DNA from: Paraspadella gotoi
Lineage: Eukaryota; Animalia; Chaetognatha
Length of the DNA stretch: 64,000 nucleotides
Reading direction: 5' to 3'
NCBI GenBank assembly: GCA_051294375.1
Contig: CM119269.1
Span: forward strand, 10,165,056-10,229,055
Shown here: positions 25,401 to 36,759 of the stretch, one piece after another
Position numbering within the stretch: position 1 is the stretch's first letter
Layout: each line of letters begins with the position of its first letter
Program-made: the position numbers and the translations under genes
Notes under the pieces: model-generated
Seen by the model: the letters and a program-made list of their open reading frames with translations, nothing else
Told to the model about the DNA's origin: nothing
Database searches by the model: none

Positions 25401-28400
25401 TGATGAAGTGAAAGTTTAAGAATTAAGATAGAGCTAAAAAATGAGCTGGCCCTCATTGGTTATGTAAATGAAAGACCTGATCGATGAGGTCGGATCATGT
25501 TCGTTATTGTTCTAAAAAATAAAATCACGGTGACGCAAGACCTTGAACTTGCTGGTTCTTATATTTTTCCTAGTGGCCTCGATTCAGCCTCAAATTTTTG
25601 CCGAAATCCTGGCTGGGAATATACTCTTCCTTGGTGCTACTCAACGTTTTTGCCTGAAGGAGAAACAAATAGAAAAAAAGTCTGTGGAGTTTTGTCCTGT
25701 AATCCCTTATGGCCTGATTTTAAAGGTACAATTTTTTAGAATTTTTGAAAAAAAATTTTTGTATATGTAATTTTCTGGCTACTAACGGTTTATCACCAGC
25801 ACTAAAATTCAGGCCATCCCTTTTGTTGAATTGTGTTGACTAGCTTCCTTGAATGTCTTCATTTTTTGAAACAAGATTAGATCAAGTTTTTATTTTCTGT
25901 ATTACGATTTTTGGTGTTTGTTATAAATATTTTTTCTTAATTTTATTAGTTCTTTTAAACACAATTATATCCACTAAAAGGATGACAACAAAATTTAAAT
26001 AATTGAAATAATTGAAAAAGAGTTGTCAAAAGTTTTTAGCAAAACCCAACTTAAATGTTAGGCAAACTGACCCTTAGACTAACCAAGAGAAGATTAATAC
26101 AGCCGTGCTTAATATTCAATACACCAGCTTATGTTTTAAGGGATTTTAAACTAAAATTATGCTTCGTTATCTGTTTTAGGTGTAATTAGACATTCCTCTG
26201 GACTCTGTTTTTCGCTTGAAAATAACTGGCCAACGTTTATACCAACTTGTCACAAAAAAAATCAGATAACCATAATCGATGGTTACTTCAGGATGATGTT
26301 TTTAGTTGAGAGACTGTAAGTATCACAATTTTCTGGAGCTCCCCTTATCCATTTCTTTATTCTTTTTTATTATTTATTTTTTATCTTGTATTATTTCCTT
26401 TCTTTTCGTTGTGTTTAGAAATTAGTTTACAGAGTAGGAATTTTTATTTTCATTAAACAATGGTTAAAAAAACCGTTTTAACCGTTGTTCAATAAAAAAA
26501 AATCTTATACTTTGTTCATCAGCAGGAATTGGTGCAAGTCAAAGGTCCGGGGTTCTAGCCCGGTGGTCGCCTCGCAGTTAAGAGGGACGGGGCGCTTAAC
26601 CCGCCTGTAATACGGTGTTACAGCCTGATCCAAAGCTCAGGGACTGCTTATATTTAACGGTTCTCTCACTAACACATAAAAGTAATTATTGTCTCTTCAT
26701 TGACGAGCCCAACTTCTGAACACAACAGCAACAACAACACTTTCAGGCAACATGCCTCAACTTGGCGACACACTTTCCGCCAACAACACATCAGGCAACA
26801 TGCCTTAACTTGGTGACGAACTTTCCACCAACAATTCACTGAAGAGACATAACAGATTTCTCCCTAGGGGAGGGGGGATGTATGGTGGACTAAAATCCAC
26901 CAACCGTTCATCAGCGGCCATTGGTGCCAGAGGCAAGTCATTTGCCTCCCAACCCAAAGGTCCGGGGTTCTAGCCTGATGGTCGCCTAGCAGTTAAGAGG
27001 GATGGGGCGCTTAACCCGCCTGTAACACGGTGTTACAGCCTGATCCGAAGCTCATGGACTGCTTATATTGAACGGTTCTCTCACTAACACATAGCAATAA
27101 TTACTGTCTCTATAGTTTTAATTTTATTCCTTATACAATCCCAAAACCCTAACCTTATTCTAATCCCAAACCCTGTAACCTAACCTTGATCCTTAATCAT
27201 TAACCATATTCTTCAACCTCATCAACCAACCTTCAACAATAATCCTTACCTTCTGGTGGTCCTATCACCACAGAAGGATTAAAGCTGTTTCTTTCGCAGC
27301 GCCTCAGTGGCTCAGTGGACTAATGCACCATCCCAATGTGCGTCCCTGGTTCGAGCCCTGAGGTTGTCATGTAGAAAGTGGGATGGACCGGGTAACCCGC
27401 CTGTAGGCATGGGCCTACTGCCAGATCCAAAGCTCTGGACTACATGAACATGCTATTTCGCTGTCGCCACGAGGTGACACCGCTGCGGGTGTGGCGCCCT
27501 GTAAAACCAGCCTCTTCAACCTAACCTTATTCCATTACCTAATGATCTCTAACCCAATCCCCGTCCTTCATCATTACCCTAATTCATAACCCTAATCCAA
27601 AACTTATTCATCAAATTTACATAAAACAAATTTAATTTGGATTTTAAGCAGATATGGGACGCTTATAGAAAATATGGTCGTGAGTAAGATTACAACTAAG
27701 TAAGATTAAGTAATGCACACTGCAGTTGATTTGCCATAGTAAAATTTGCAAGATTAATTTTTTATAAATAAATTAGTTACACAAAGCGGAAAACCCCACT
27801 TTACATTTTTATATCTTCATAAAAGTTAGATTATCCTAATTACGTATTACAAATTGTTATTGTTTAAAGAAATCAAAGCAAAGACAAAGAAAATAAATGG
27901 CAGGTAATTATTATTTTTCAGATATTCAATAAAAATTATATAAATAACTATATAACAGGTGCGCTATGAAGACTACTTATTATCCAAGTGCTGGAGACTT
28001 TTTGTCTGTACAATCATATTGTCTTAGCTACTACAATCGTCGTTTTTACAAACCAACAGGATCATTTGAGGTAACGAGTTTGAGGCCCTTATATCTATAT
28101 AAGACATAAAAATATAATTTAAAAAATATTCGGAAAGTATCTCCAAGCTGGTATTACGTGTAAATAATTGGTTAAATTTGTCATGTCAAATATGCAGTCT
28201 TGTCTCCTAACTTCCTAACAGATTATGTCGGATCCAACAGTTTATCAAACAATCTATCAAACAATTTAATCAGGATATATAATTTTATTAATGTAGATTA
28301 ACAGCGGGTTTTAGTTTCACATTTCTTTCATGAATATTTAGGAATCGGGGGGAGTTTGCTGGAATCTTGAAGAATTTATCAACCTAGATACTGGAAAAAC

Positions 28401-29529
28401 TGAGAAGAACAAGCGAGATCTGGTCATGGGGGATGAATGCCATACAATCCGTCAAAGAATGACCTTTTTGAACATAAGTGAGTTAAAATTTTTATCTCGC
28501 CAGACGGGCTAAAGCCCGACTTGGGCGAGATGTAGGATCTCTTCTGCAGCTCTGCTTCTTTGTGACCATCGTCGTCGTCGTTGTCGTCATCGTCACGCTT
28601 TTTTACCATTGGAAATTGTAAAGGTGTGTAACCAAGGAAGCTAAAAATTTAGATATAGCTCCTAATCAGCAATATCTTTCAGATTCACATGTTTCATGAT
28701 GCTACACGCATTTGTTCATGTTTTATTTACAAAACAATTTTTATATATATAAAAACTAATACGAATTACTATCTCTCTCTCTTTTTTAAATATATGTCGC
28801 TCGCTCTCTCTCTCTCTTTTTCCGTCGCTGCCTCTTCTTTTTCTCTCTCTCTTTCTTTCTCTCTCTCTCTTTCTCTTTCTTTTTCACTGTAATTATTTAA
28901 ATTCTTTCATTAATTCTAATTTAATAAATTTAAATTTCATTCATTCATTCTGTTTATTTCATTTATTTTATTTTATTCATTTATTTTTTATATTTATATT
29001 CATTTATTTTTTTATATTTATATATTTATTTATTTTTTATATATTAAGCCAAGTTTGTTATGTATAAAACTTAGTTTTCCTGTATCAAATATGATTTTTC
29101 GTTTGAGTATCAAAGTTTGTCATGATTCCAGAATGCGATTGCAACGATCCTTATACATTTTTAAGATTTTTAAAGTTTTATTTTAGAAGAAACCCGTAAA
29201 CCACGTTTAATATTTTGTATACCTAACTCTTAGCATACTCTTCTTCCATCTCTATCAGCTCGTAACAATTGCGATGAAGGAGATGAGAGGCACGACTGTG
29301 GCGACGACACCTGCGAAAATGTTAGGTGCAGCTTCCACTTGGAGGCCGCTTGCTTTATTGATCCCTGTGGAGGCTGTTCCACATTTTTCCTGGATATGGA
29401 AAATCATCAGGTGGCTGTCAACTTTAACAGATTTTACTAAGAAAATTTAATGTTTAAATTTAGGTTTTTGTTGTTACCCGAACTTAGTCTAAGCAATCTG
29501 TTCTTCTTCAGTTTTCCTTTGACCTCACC

Positions 29530-29571
<42 letters not shown>

Positions 29572-32500
29572 GATCAGACTATGTCTTTCTCTTTCTTCAA
29601 ATTGTTTTTAGTTGGTTATTATTTTAAATTTTTACTGCGTTGCTATCTTTTTTCAACTCATGAAAAAAAAATTTGACAAAATATATATCTGGCAAAACTG
29701 TTTTTAGTCAGATCTGCTTATCAGCAGATCCCGACTCTATAATTCACTTTGTTGGTCCGTAGGTCCGTCCCCTCAATATTGTTGGGCATTAACTTATATC
29801 ATGTCAGAACATCGAATTATGATAAATTATGCAAAAAAACGATGTCCGTCCATCCGTCCATCCATCCGTCCGTCCGTCCGTCCCACCTAAGCAAAAAACT
29901 CCAATAGCTCGTGATTGGATGGATGGATTGGAATGAAATTTTGTGTGTGGGTAGGGAAGCGTGTGATTGAGCTGGACATGAAGTTTCGATGGAATCGTCC
30001 GAGTGGAAATGAGTTTAAATGGAAAAAAAAATTTAATTATTTGAATGCCAATTACTCATGAGTGGATGGGGCGATTGACCTGAAATTTTGTATGTGGTTA
30101 CGAAAGTGTGTGATTAAGCTGGATATAAAATTTCTATGGAATCGTCCGAGTGGAAATGAGTTTAAATGGAAAAAATAAAAAACCTGTTTCACTAATTGAT
30201 TATGCTTCTTTTTCTTTTTCCTTTTATATTAAATGTAAATGCAAAATGCATTAATTAATCAAATATAATTAATACAGTTAATTAATCAATTAGCCAATTA
30301 ATTAATCAATAATTAATTAATCAGTCAATTAATCAATCAAAACAAAGATTTCGGATCAAATTAATTAATTAATTGCCTAATTAATTAATTAACTTGAATT
30401 AATTAATTAATTAATTAATTACCAATAATGATCGTGGGCAGATCCGACATTGTTTGCTCAAACTTGTTAATTAAAGGTCTGAATTCTCAAAATGAAATAC
30501 TTTCTAGTTGCACTGCAGTGCATGTCATAAATATGCATAGTAAATGCGGCATATTTTGATTAATGTCTGGTTGTTTGAAATGAAACTTAGCACAGAAGTG
30601 ATAAACCATATGGCATTTTGTTTAATTGGCCCTTTTTAAAGTAATTAATACTAATGATACATATTTGTTATGCGGACAACCATTTTCTAAAAAAATTTAG
30701 TCGGATCTGCTTATTAGCAGCTTAAAAAATTATGTAAATTAAAAAAATTATGCAAGTTGAAAAAATGATGCAGGTTGAAAAAATAATGCCAGTTGAAAAA
30801 ATAATGCCAGTTGAAAAAATGATGCAAAAATTGAAAGCATTATTGTGATTTATCATCTGATTAGCTGATTACCGCTTAATTATCTTAGGCAGATCCGACA
30901 TTGTTTGCTCAAACTTGTTATCTCATCATTCAGCTGACTGATGAGATACTTTCAACTCTTGGCAATTATTATAAAATATTATCTGTATAAAGAGAATGTC
31001 TATTTCTATAAACTAGTCGAGTGTTTCGATAAACAATAATTATAAGTTATTTTATCTGTTTTTCAAATATCATTGTTATACAAAGTTACATACATGTTAC
31101 ATGATTATTAACCATTGTTAACAATATTAAAAAAGCTTTTCTATCAAATTTAGGTCAACTGTTCAGTCCCGCCATCTAAATGCGAAAGGGATCAAGTGAG
31201 AGCTGAACGAGCCAGACGTCTCATGGAGGCAGAAGATGCTGAACTTGCCTTTGTACCTGATTGTCTTGATGACGGAAACTACAATGTTACACAATGTCTA
31301 CGTGAGTATTCATTTGTAAGAAAGTAATACATTTTTCTGTTAAAACCTAAATAAAGAACTAAACCTGACATGTTTTTGAGAAAAAAAAAGTATCAATTAA
31401 GAAATTAACTATAAAATGGTTTTCATTTGACGCAACTTTCACTTTTTTCTTTCTTAATCTTTTATTTTAAGGTAAAAAAACTTCTTGATGGGAAAAATTA
31501 GTAGGTCTGCATTAAAGTGTAGCAAAAAGTATAAATTTAACTTAAATTAAAATTCTAAAAGTGAGGAATGAACAACTTAACTAATGAACATTAATGTATA
31601 ATTTATATATAATTTTATATATTATTTAAGCAAATGCTGATGAAGACTCTCAACCACAGAGTCGAAACATGTCTCTATGAAATAAAAATTCGTTGTTATA
31701 CATTAAAAATCTGTTATTCCTTAAACACAAACACAACGAAAAAAAAAGAATCACAACAATGTCTAAAAATTTTATTATATTTTTTTAAAATTTACGCAGT
31801 AGACTTTATTTATATATAGTACTAAGCCTATAATGGTAAAATTTCAAAATGCTTTTTTATAAGATTTTTTTGCAGATTTGGATTCGTCATAAAAAGAAAT
31901 ATAAATCTTTTTTAAAAATTATTTCATTAAGTTGGTCAAAAATGGAAAAAACCTATATTTTAAGCTGAAAATTAAATTTTTGTATATTAAATATAGTTTT
32001 TTTAATTTTTAACTTACTTAATGAAATAATTTTTGAAAAGAAGTTTGTTTTTTTTTCAACTTAAACTTGACGAGGAATTTAAATCTGCCATCAAAATTAA
32101 GAAAAGTCCATTTTGAAATTTAAGATTTTTTAAGGATAGTACTATATATAAATATAGCCTACTGTGAAAATTAAAAAACATAAAATTATTTTTTTTATAA
32201 ATTAATGTTCACTGGTGGTACATTGTTCATAAATGACCATTAGAATTTTCATACATGACTTTCACTACGCTCTAGTCTGCATTACTAAGTATGTACATAC
32301 TATTCTACTTTTTAAGAAATCCTATAAAAATTTAAGGTTTATATAAATAATAAAAATTTGTCTCTGATATTCACAACGCAACTGGCATTTTCCTTAGCCA
32401 CTGGTGAATGTTGGTGTGTCTTTGTTTCTGGTACGCCAAGAAACGCTTCCCTCGTGGCGCCACCCAATTGTGACATTTGGACAATTGTGTCTGTTACCTT

Positions 32501-35500
32501 CATTCTCAAACTAGATCAGCCTTACCTATTTGTCAAAACATCTCTGTCTACTTTCTTAAGGTATTTTTAGTCGGTTCTGTTTACCGCTGATTCCGACTCT
32601 ATAATTCACTTTGTCGGTCCATTGGTTCCACCCCAAAATATTGTCTGTAAATCTTTTTTATAATATCAGAAACTCGAATTATGATAAATTATGCCAAAAA
32701 AAATGTCCGTTTGTCTGTCCGTCCGTCCGTCCCCCTTAGCATTAAACTCCAATTACTCGTGATTGGATGGATGGATGGATTGGAATGAAATTTTGTGTGT
32801 GATTGAGCTGGATATGATGAAATCATGCGAGTGGAAATGAGTTTAAATGGAAAAAACCAAGTCACATTTACTTAACGTTTTTTTACTTATATTTACTCAT
32901 AATTAAAAATTGAATATAAAATTGAAATGAAATTTTATGTGTGTGTAGGAAAGTATGTGATTAAGCTGGATATAAATTTTTGACTAGAATCGTAGGAGTT
33001 TAAATTAGAAAACCAAAAGACGCATTTACTTGAAATTTTAACTTTTTCTCTCTTTCTATTTCTCCTCTGATTGATTGATTGATTGTTAATTTGGTTAAAT
33101 AATTCATTGATAATTTTTCTAAATTGCATTAATTGAGAAATCTGTTATGATTTATAATGTTATGATTTAGTTATGATTACTTATGTTTCTCTCTCTCTAT
33201 TTATGAATTTTCTTATCAAATTCATCGGGCATCATTGTATCATTGATTAATAATTTTACTGGCAAATCTGTTGTAATAGGAAATGATCACAAATTAAAAG
33301 ACACATCATGACCTATCATCTGGTTAGCTGCTTACTAAGGCGTAGTAAAATTTCTAAATTTAACTTTAATTAAAATTCTAAAAGTGAGGAACTATATATA
33401 TACTAATGAGCATTTATGTAATAAAAAAATTATAATAAATTTTACAATTTATGCAGTAGGCCATATTTATACTAGTACTAAACTAATAAATGTTAAAATT
33501 TCAAAACAGTTTTTTATAAGATTTTTTGGCAGATTTGGATTCGTCATAAAAAGTTGATAAAAAGAAATATAACTCTTTTTGAAAAATTCCTTCATTAAGT
33601 GGGTCAAAAATTAGAAAAAGCTATATTTTAAGCTGAAAATTAACTTTTTATATATTAAATATAGTTTTTTTAATTTTTAACCCACTTAATGAAATAATTT
33701 TTAAAAATGATTTATATTTTCTTTCATCAACTTTTGACGAGGAATTCAAATCTGCAATCAAAATTAAGAAAAACCTATTTTGAAATTTTTCGATTTTATA
33801 AGGATATTACTATATATAAATATAGCCTACTGAGAAAATTAAAAAAATATAAAATTAATTTTTTTTACAAATTAATGTTCACTGATGGTATGTTGTTTAT
33901 AATTGACTTTTAGAATTTTCATATGTAACTTTCACTACGCCTTACTGCTTACTGCGAAATTATCGTAGGCAGATCTGACATTCTTTGCTTAAACTTGTTT
34001 CTTTACAATACAATATTCATAACTTATATCTGTATGTAATACATAATTACATACTATGTATGTATCCCTACTACAACTTTATATAAATATAAAGTCAAAT
34101 TTTTGTATCAACAAACAATATATTAAAATAACTTTTGAATTAAACCTGAATCTTTTAGTGTCATCAACTCTTACATGTCAATGACTTTTGATCTTCCATC
34201 TAACGCATTTTATGATGTCAAGTTGAACGCAGATATGGAGTTGGAGTTTACTCTGCGACCAGTGGGGGGTCTTCAGCACCCACCTTATGACGTCTCCTCT
34301 TTGGCCTACAGCATTGAATGCTGGGTAAGAAAAAACTTTAGCAAGCTTGATTGGGAACAGCTCAATTTTCAATAACTTATGTAAAGTGTCCTTTATGAGT
34401 CAACTGTTAAACTGTAAACAAAACATTATGGTCACGCTACAGTAGCTACTTGTATTTAGGTTAATGATGAAAGCTTCATGGTTGAATATGACCAACACGA
34501 ATTTAAAGCAAGATTACTCGAAGTTACATACAATCCATATGTGGTTCCGCCTCCAGAAGAAGTAATTTTTTAGTTGCGCCACGAGTACTCGCGGAGCAAC
34601 TCTTTAAGTCACTTTTCGGTCGGTCGGTCCGTTGGTATGTCTGTCTGTCGGTCTGTCCCACTTACGTTAAAAATGCTTATAACTTACATATAGTTGGTTG
34701 CTCATTGCTAGCGCTAACTTCAGGAAATAAAGGACAAAAGTCAAAATTCCGATGCAGTGCTTGTCATAGATACACAGGCTAAGAAAGTTATGGTAGTCAT
34801 GTCATGTCACGTCGTCATGTCATGTAATATCATGTCACAATAAACACTCACAATAAACAGTAACTGCAGCGCAACACATTTGAATTACCGGTCTTGTTTA
34901 TTTTCCAACTGATTTTCTTTTTTTTTTTTAATTCAGGAAAACAATTTGGTTATCTACATTATAGCTGCCATCATTCCTGTGATCGTCCTTGCAATTTTAG
35001 GATTCCTGATTGTAAAAGGGGTAAATTTTTTTTTTCAATTATGTATCAATTCTTGAAAAAAGACATCACCTGAGGGCATTATTTTTTTTCTAAAAACAGA
35101 CAAAAAAATCAAAACGACAAAAACAATTCAGTCACATTGATAACAATTCGGAAAATAAACAACAAATTCTCAGTGATTCTGACTACTACAATTATGATGG
35201 TTATGGATACAACAATCAAGGTAGTACGAATTCTACAAAAATTTACAAGGCTTAAATCTTCAGATGACCAAATGATATGTAAACTTATTTTTCAGAAAAT
35301 TATTATAACAATGGTTATTATAACAACAATGAACAAAATGCAAGCTGGAACACGCAACAAGAACAAGGATATTATTTGGTTAGTTTTATATTTGGATAAT
35401 AAATTATTATAATAATAATATTATCGGCAGATTACCTTGAAAATGAGATTTAATATATTTTTATGGTGGTTTTGATTTAAAAAGGTAAAATATGATCAAT

Positions 35501-35799
35501 AAAAAAATGAAAGTCAGGACGGGAAATGCAAGTTATTGAAATAAATAACTTATTGTATCTTTCAGCTGGGAACTAAAACTTATACAATTTTTCTCAACCA
35601 AGAATTGTTTAATGGAGTTTGAGGTTAAAAGAAATCATTTTGTATGAGGTTTCATGTGCAGTTTTTAATCAGGTTTTGGAGACAAGTAGAAATTGAGTTT
35701 TCATTGATGTAATCATTTATGCAGGATGAAAAACATCTTTATCCCCAAGAAAATTACGGGCAACAAGAAACAGAACAATATCATGGTTATTCTTACTGA
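11739..35799 (+). CDS. Multi-exon mosaic type-I membrane protein (thyroglobulin type-1 x2, antistasin-like, WR1/lustrin Cys-rich, kringle, ricin-B-like, TM, Tyr-rich tail); 5' exons not identified
   Basis: Phase-compatible GT-AG exons (approximate): 11739-11839, 13141-13270 (ECDDDGQFEPTYC..CMCVN), 18323-18435 (YGHILDEDGCP), 18596-18691, 19587-19761 (CPPGYRC..GFCCP), 23057-23188 (YRG..GYKCQAW), 25540-25725 (NFCRNPG..PWCY), 26180-26315, 27959-28070, 28342-28477, 29259-29410, 31154-31301, 32398-32559 (CWCV), 34159-34324, 34460-34561, 34937-35020 (TM), 35100-35220, 35296-35378, 35725-35799 (TGA). Confidence 0.8.
12150..12985 (-). mobile_element. Degenerate Penelope-like retroelement fragment (RT C-terminus and GIY-YIG remnant)
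   Basis: ADDT remnant near 12975, then YRKPTHTD..DQYIPFDSHAPLSHKLATVRSLTRRA..NGYP, then PYHQGITE..GAIY. Frameshifted. Confidence 0.85.
13286..13491 (+). mobile_element. Short internally deleted HINE copy
   Basis: Both family ends present (ttagccggatctgc..gcagatc and gcagatccgacattgtttgctcaaacttgtt). Confidence 0.7.
14188..18229 (+). mobile_element. Long HINE-family copy with nested insertions and (GA)n repeats
   Basis: Family 5' motif right after the gap, GTCC repeats, tandem internal blocks, and a degenerate 3' end at ~18193-18229. Confidence 0.55.
17944..18068 (+). ncRNA. Degenerate family-A element with decayed twister
   Basis: Retains CCTGATCCGAAGCTCAGG and the tail. The P2/L1 region and UAA are mutated. 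Confidence 0.65.
19327..19558 (+). mobile_element. Full-length family-A tRNA(Gly)-like SINE carrying a twister ribozyme
   Basis: 5' hairpin GGTGGA/TCCACC, A-box-like TGGTGCCGGAGG, anticodon-arm-like TCGCCTCCCAA, B-box-like GGTTCTAGCCC, twister, and tail. Seven whole or partial copies lie in the window. Confidence 0.8.
19434..19507 (+). ncRNA. Twister ribozyme, P5-permuted (family A)
   Basis: P5 GCAGTT/GACTGC; P2 GGG/CCC; A; T1 CGGG with loop-4 TCCG; N-UAA site (predicted cut 19457/19458); T2 GC/GC; P3 TGTAAC/GTTACA; P4 CCTGA/TCAGG with loop TCCGAAGC. Confidence 0.8.
20132..21964. mobile_element. Non-autonomous TIR element with TTAA target duplication (Kolobok-like)
   Basis: Perfect ~27-bp TIR gacgcagagacagatcacgcttaattt, TTAA on both sides, GA..TC termini. 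Confidence 0.75.
24365..25250 (+). mobile_element. hAT-type MITE with nested hammerhead-bearing insertion
   Basis: TIRs taaggcgtag/ctacgcctta; 8-bp TSD ATGTACAA on both sides. Confidence 0.85.
24587..24630 (+). ncRNA. Minimal type-I hammerhead ribozyme motif
   Basis: CTGATGA-A-GGCTT..AAGCC-GAAA-CATG-TC. Stem I is poorly paired, so it may be decayed. Confidence 0.65.
26529..26700 (+). ncRNA. Family-A element (head partly deleted) with twister at 26574-26647
   Basis: Same core as 19434. Loop 4 is TCCA, giving one T1 mismatch. Confidence 0.75.
26882..27111 (+). ncRNA. Full-length family-A element with twister at 26989-27062
   Basis: Near-identical to 19327-19558. T1 strand is TGGG and P4 has one mismatch. 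Confidence 0.78.
27296..27512 (+). ncRNA. Family-B tRNA-headed element with intact P5-type twister at 27368-27446
   Basis: Head AGTGGCTCAGTGG..GGTTCGAGCCC; P5 CATGTAG/CTACATG; GGG-A-TGGA-CCGG-G-TAA-CCC-GC; P3 GTAGGC/GCCTAC; P4 CCAGA/TCTGG; loop TCCAAAGC pairs with TGGA. Confidence 0.8.
29701..30468 (+). mobile_element. HINE-family element, complete
   Basis: 5' subTIR hairpin, GTCC repeats and 3' subTIR with terminal motif; T-rich flanks. Confidence 0.75.
30696..30919 (+). mobile_element. Short HINE-family copy
   Basis: Both family ends, enclosing a few 18-bp minisatellite units. Confidence 0.65.
31513..32274 (+). mobile_element. Older hAT-type MITE copy with nested hammerhead insertion
   Basis: Degenerate TIRs; 8-bp TSD GTCTGCAT on both sides. 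Confidence 0.8.
31633..31678 (+). ncRNA. Minimal type-I hammerhead ribozyme motif
   Basis: CTGATGA-A-GACTCT-caaccac-AGAGTC-GAAA-CATG-TC. Stem II differs in sequence from the 24591 copy but remains paired. Confidence 0.65.
32563..34000 (+). mobile_element. HINE-family element interrupted by a hAT MITE
   Basis: Family ends at ~32565 and ~33998. Confidence 0.7.
33336..33944 (+). mobile_element. Complete 609-bp hAT-type MITE
   Basis: TIRs taaggcgtagt/actacgcctta; 8-bp TSD CTGCTTAC. Confidence 0.88.
34566..34899 (+). mobile_element. Second HINE subfamily
   Basis: tttagttgcgcc..ggagcaac 5' hairpin, (GTCG/GTCT)n, and 3' gcgcaacacatttgaattaccggtcttgtt. An inverted relative lies at ~39988-40168. 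Confidence 0.55.
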
Positions 35800-36327
35800 G
35801 ATGAAATACTTATCAATGATCAAAGCTTGTAATTTTTTGGCGGTCAACAGAAAGAGAATTATAATATATAGTTCTTACGTCAGTGACTCACATCTTGTCT
35901 AAATGACAACTTTTAAAAACTACATGGAAATAGGCTTGTTGAATGTCTACTATAAAATTATTGGTACTCCTCTCAGATTTATTCTTTGTTTTTTGCCAAA
36001 AAATAAATGATCCTGTATTTTTATAAACTAATGTTTTTATTAATAAGATAAAAAAATTATAAATACATGATTTGTCTCATGAATGATCATTTAATAATAA
36101 AAATTTTGCCTTTATTGTTCATCCGACTATTCTCCTATTGTCTCACTGCAAATTAAAGTGGCATAAATAAATTTTCGTTCATCTTATTTACAAAATTGCT
36201 TGAACCAGATTAATAACATTAATAACAATAACCTTACTAAAGTTAACCAAAGTTACTAAAATTTAGCTCTTCTTGGCAGTTTATGCTCTTTGCCGAAGTA
36301 TCAGATAGAATATAAAATAAAAGTGTT

Positions 36328-36372
36328 ATGGTGGACTAAAATCCACCAACCGTTCATCAGCGGCCATTGGTG
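36328..36372 (+). repeat. 5' fragment of family-A element
   Basis: Identical to the first ~45 nt of 19327. Confidence 0.8.
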
Positions 36373-36759
36373 ATCCTTCACATAGCTTTGACGAAGTGAA
36401 GACCATTATGGCACACGTTATTTTAATGACGAGGACCAGCCCAAAATACCGTTTTCATATCAATAATCAAATGTTTTTAATTATGTATTTTCGAAATTTA
36501 TTTTTCTTTTTTTTAAATTAATTTTTAGTCGTATCTGCTTACAAGCAGATCCCGACTCTATAATCCACTTTGTCGGTCCGTCGGGCTGCCCCCTCAATCT
36601 TGTCGGCCATTCACTCATGTCATGTTTGCTATCTCCATGAAGCGTACAAAGCCGTACATCTAAACAACTTCTTAAATATCAGGTTCCCAGGATACCTGAC
36701 CCCAAACTCTCGTCATCCTTTCCCTTATTCATTCTTCTCGTGCAAATATTTATTTAAAT

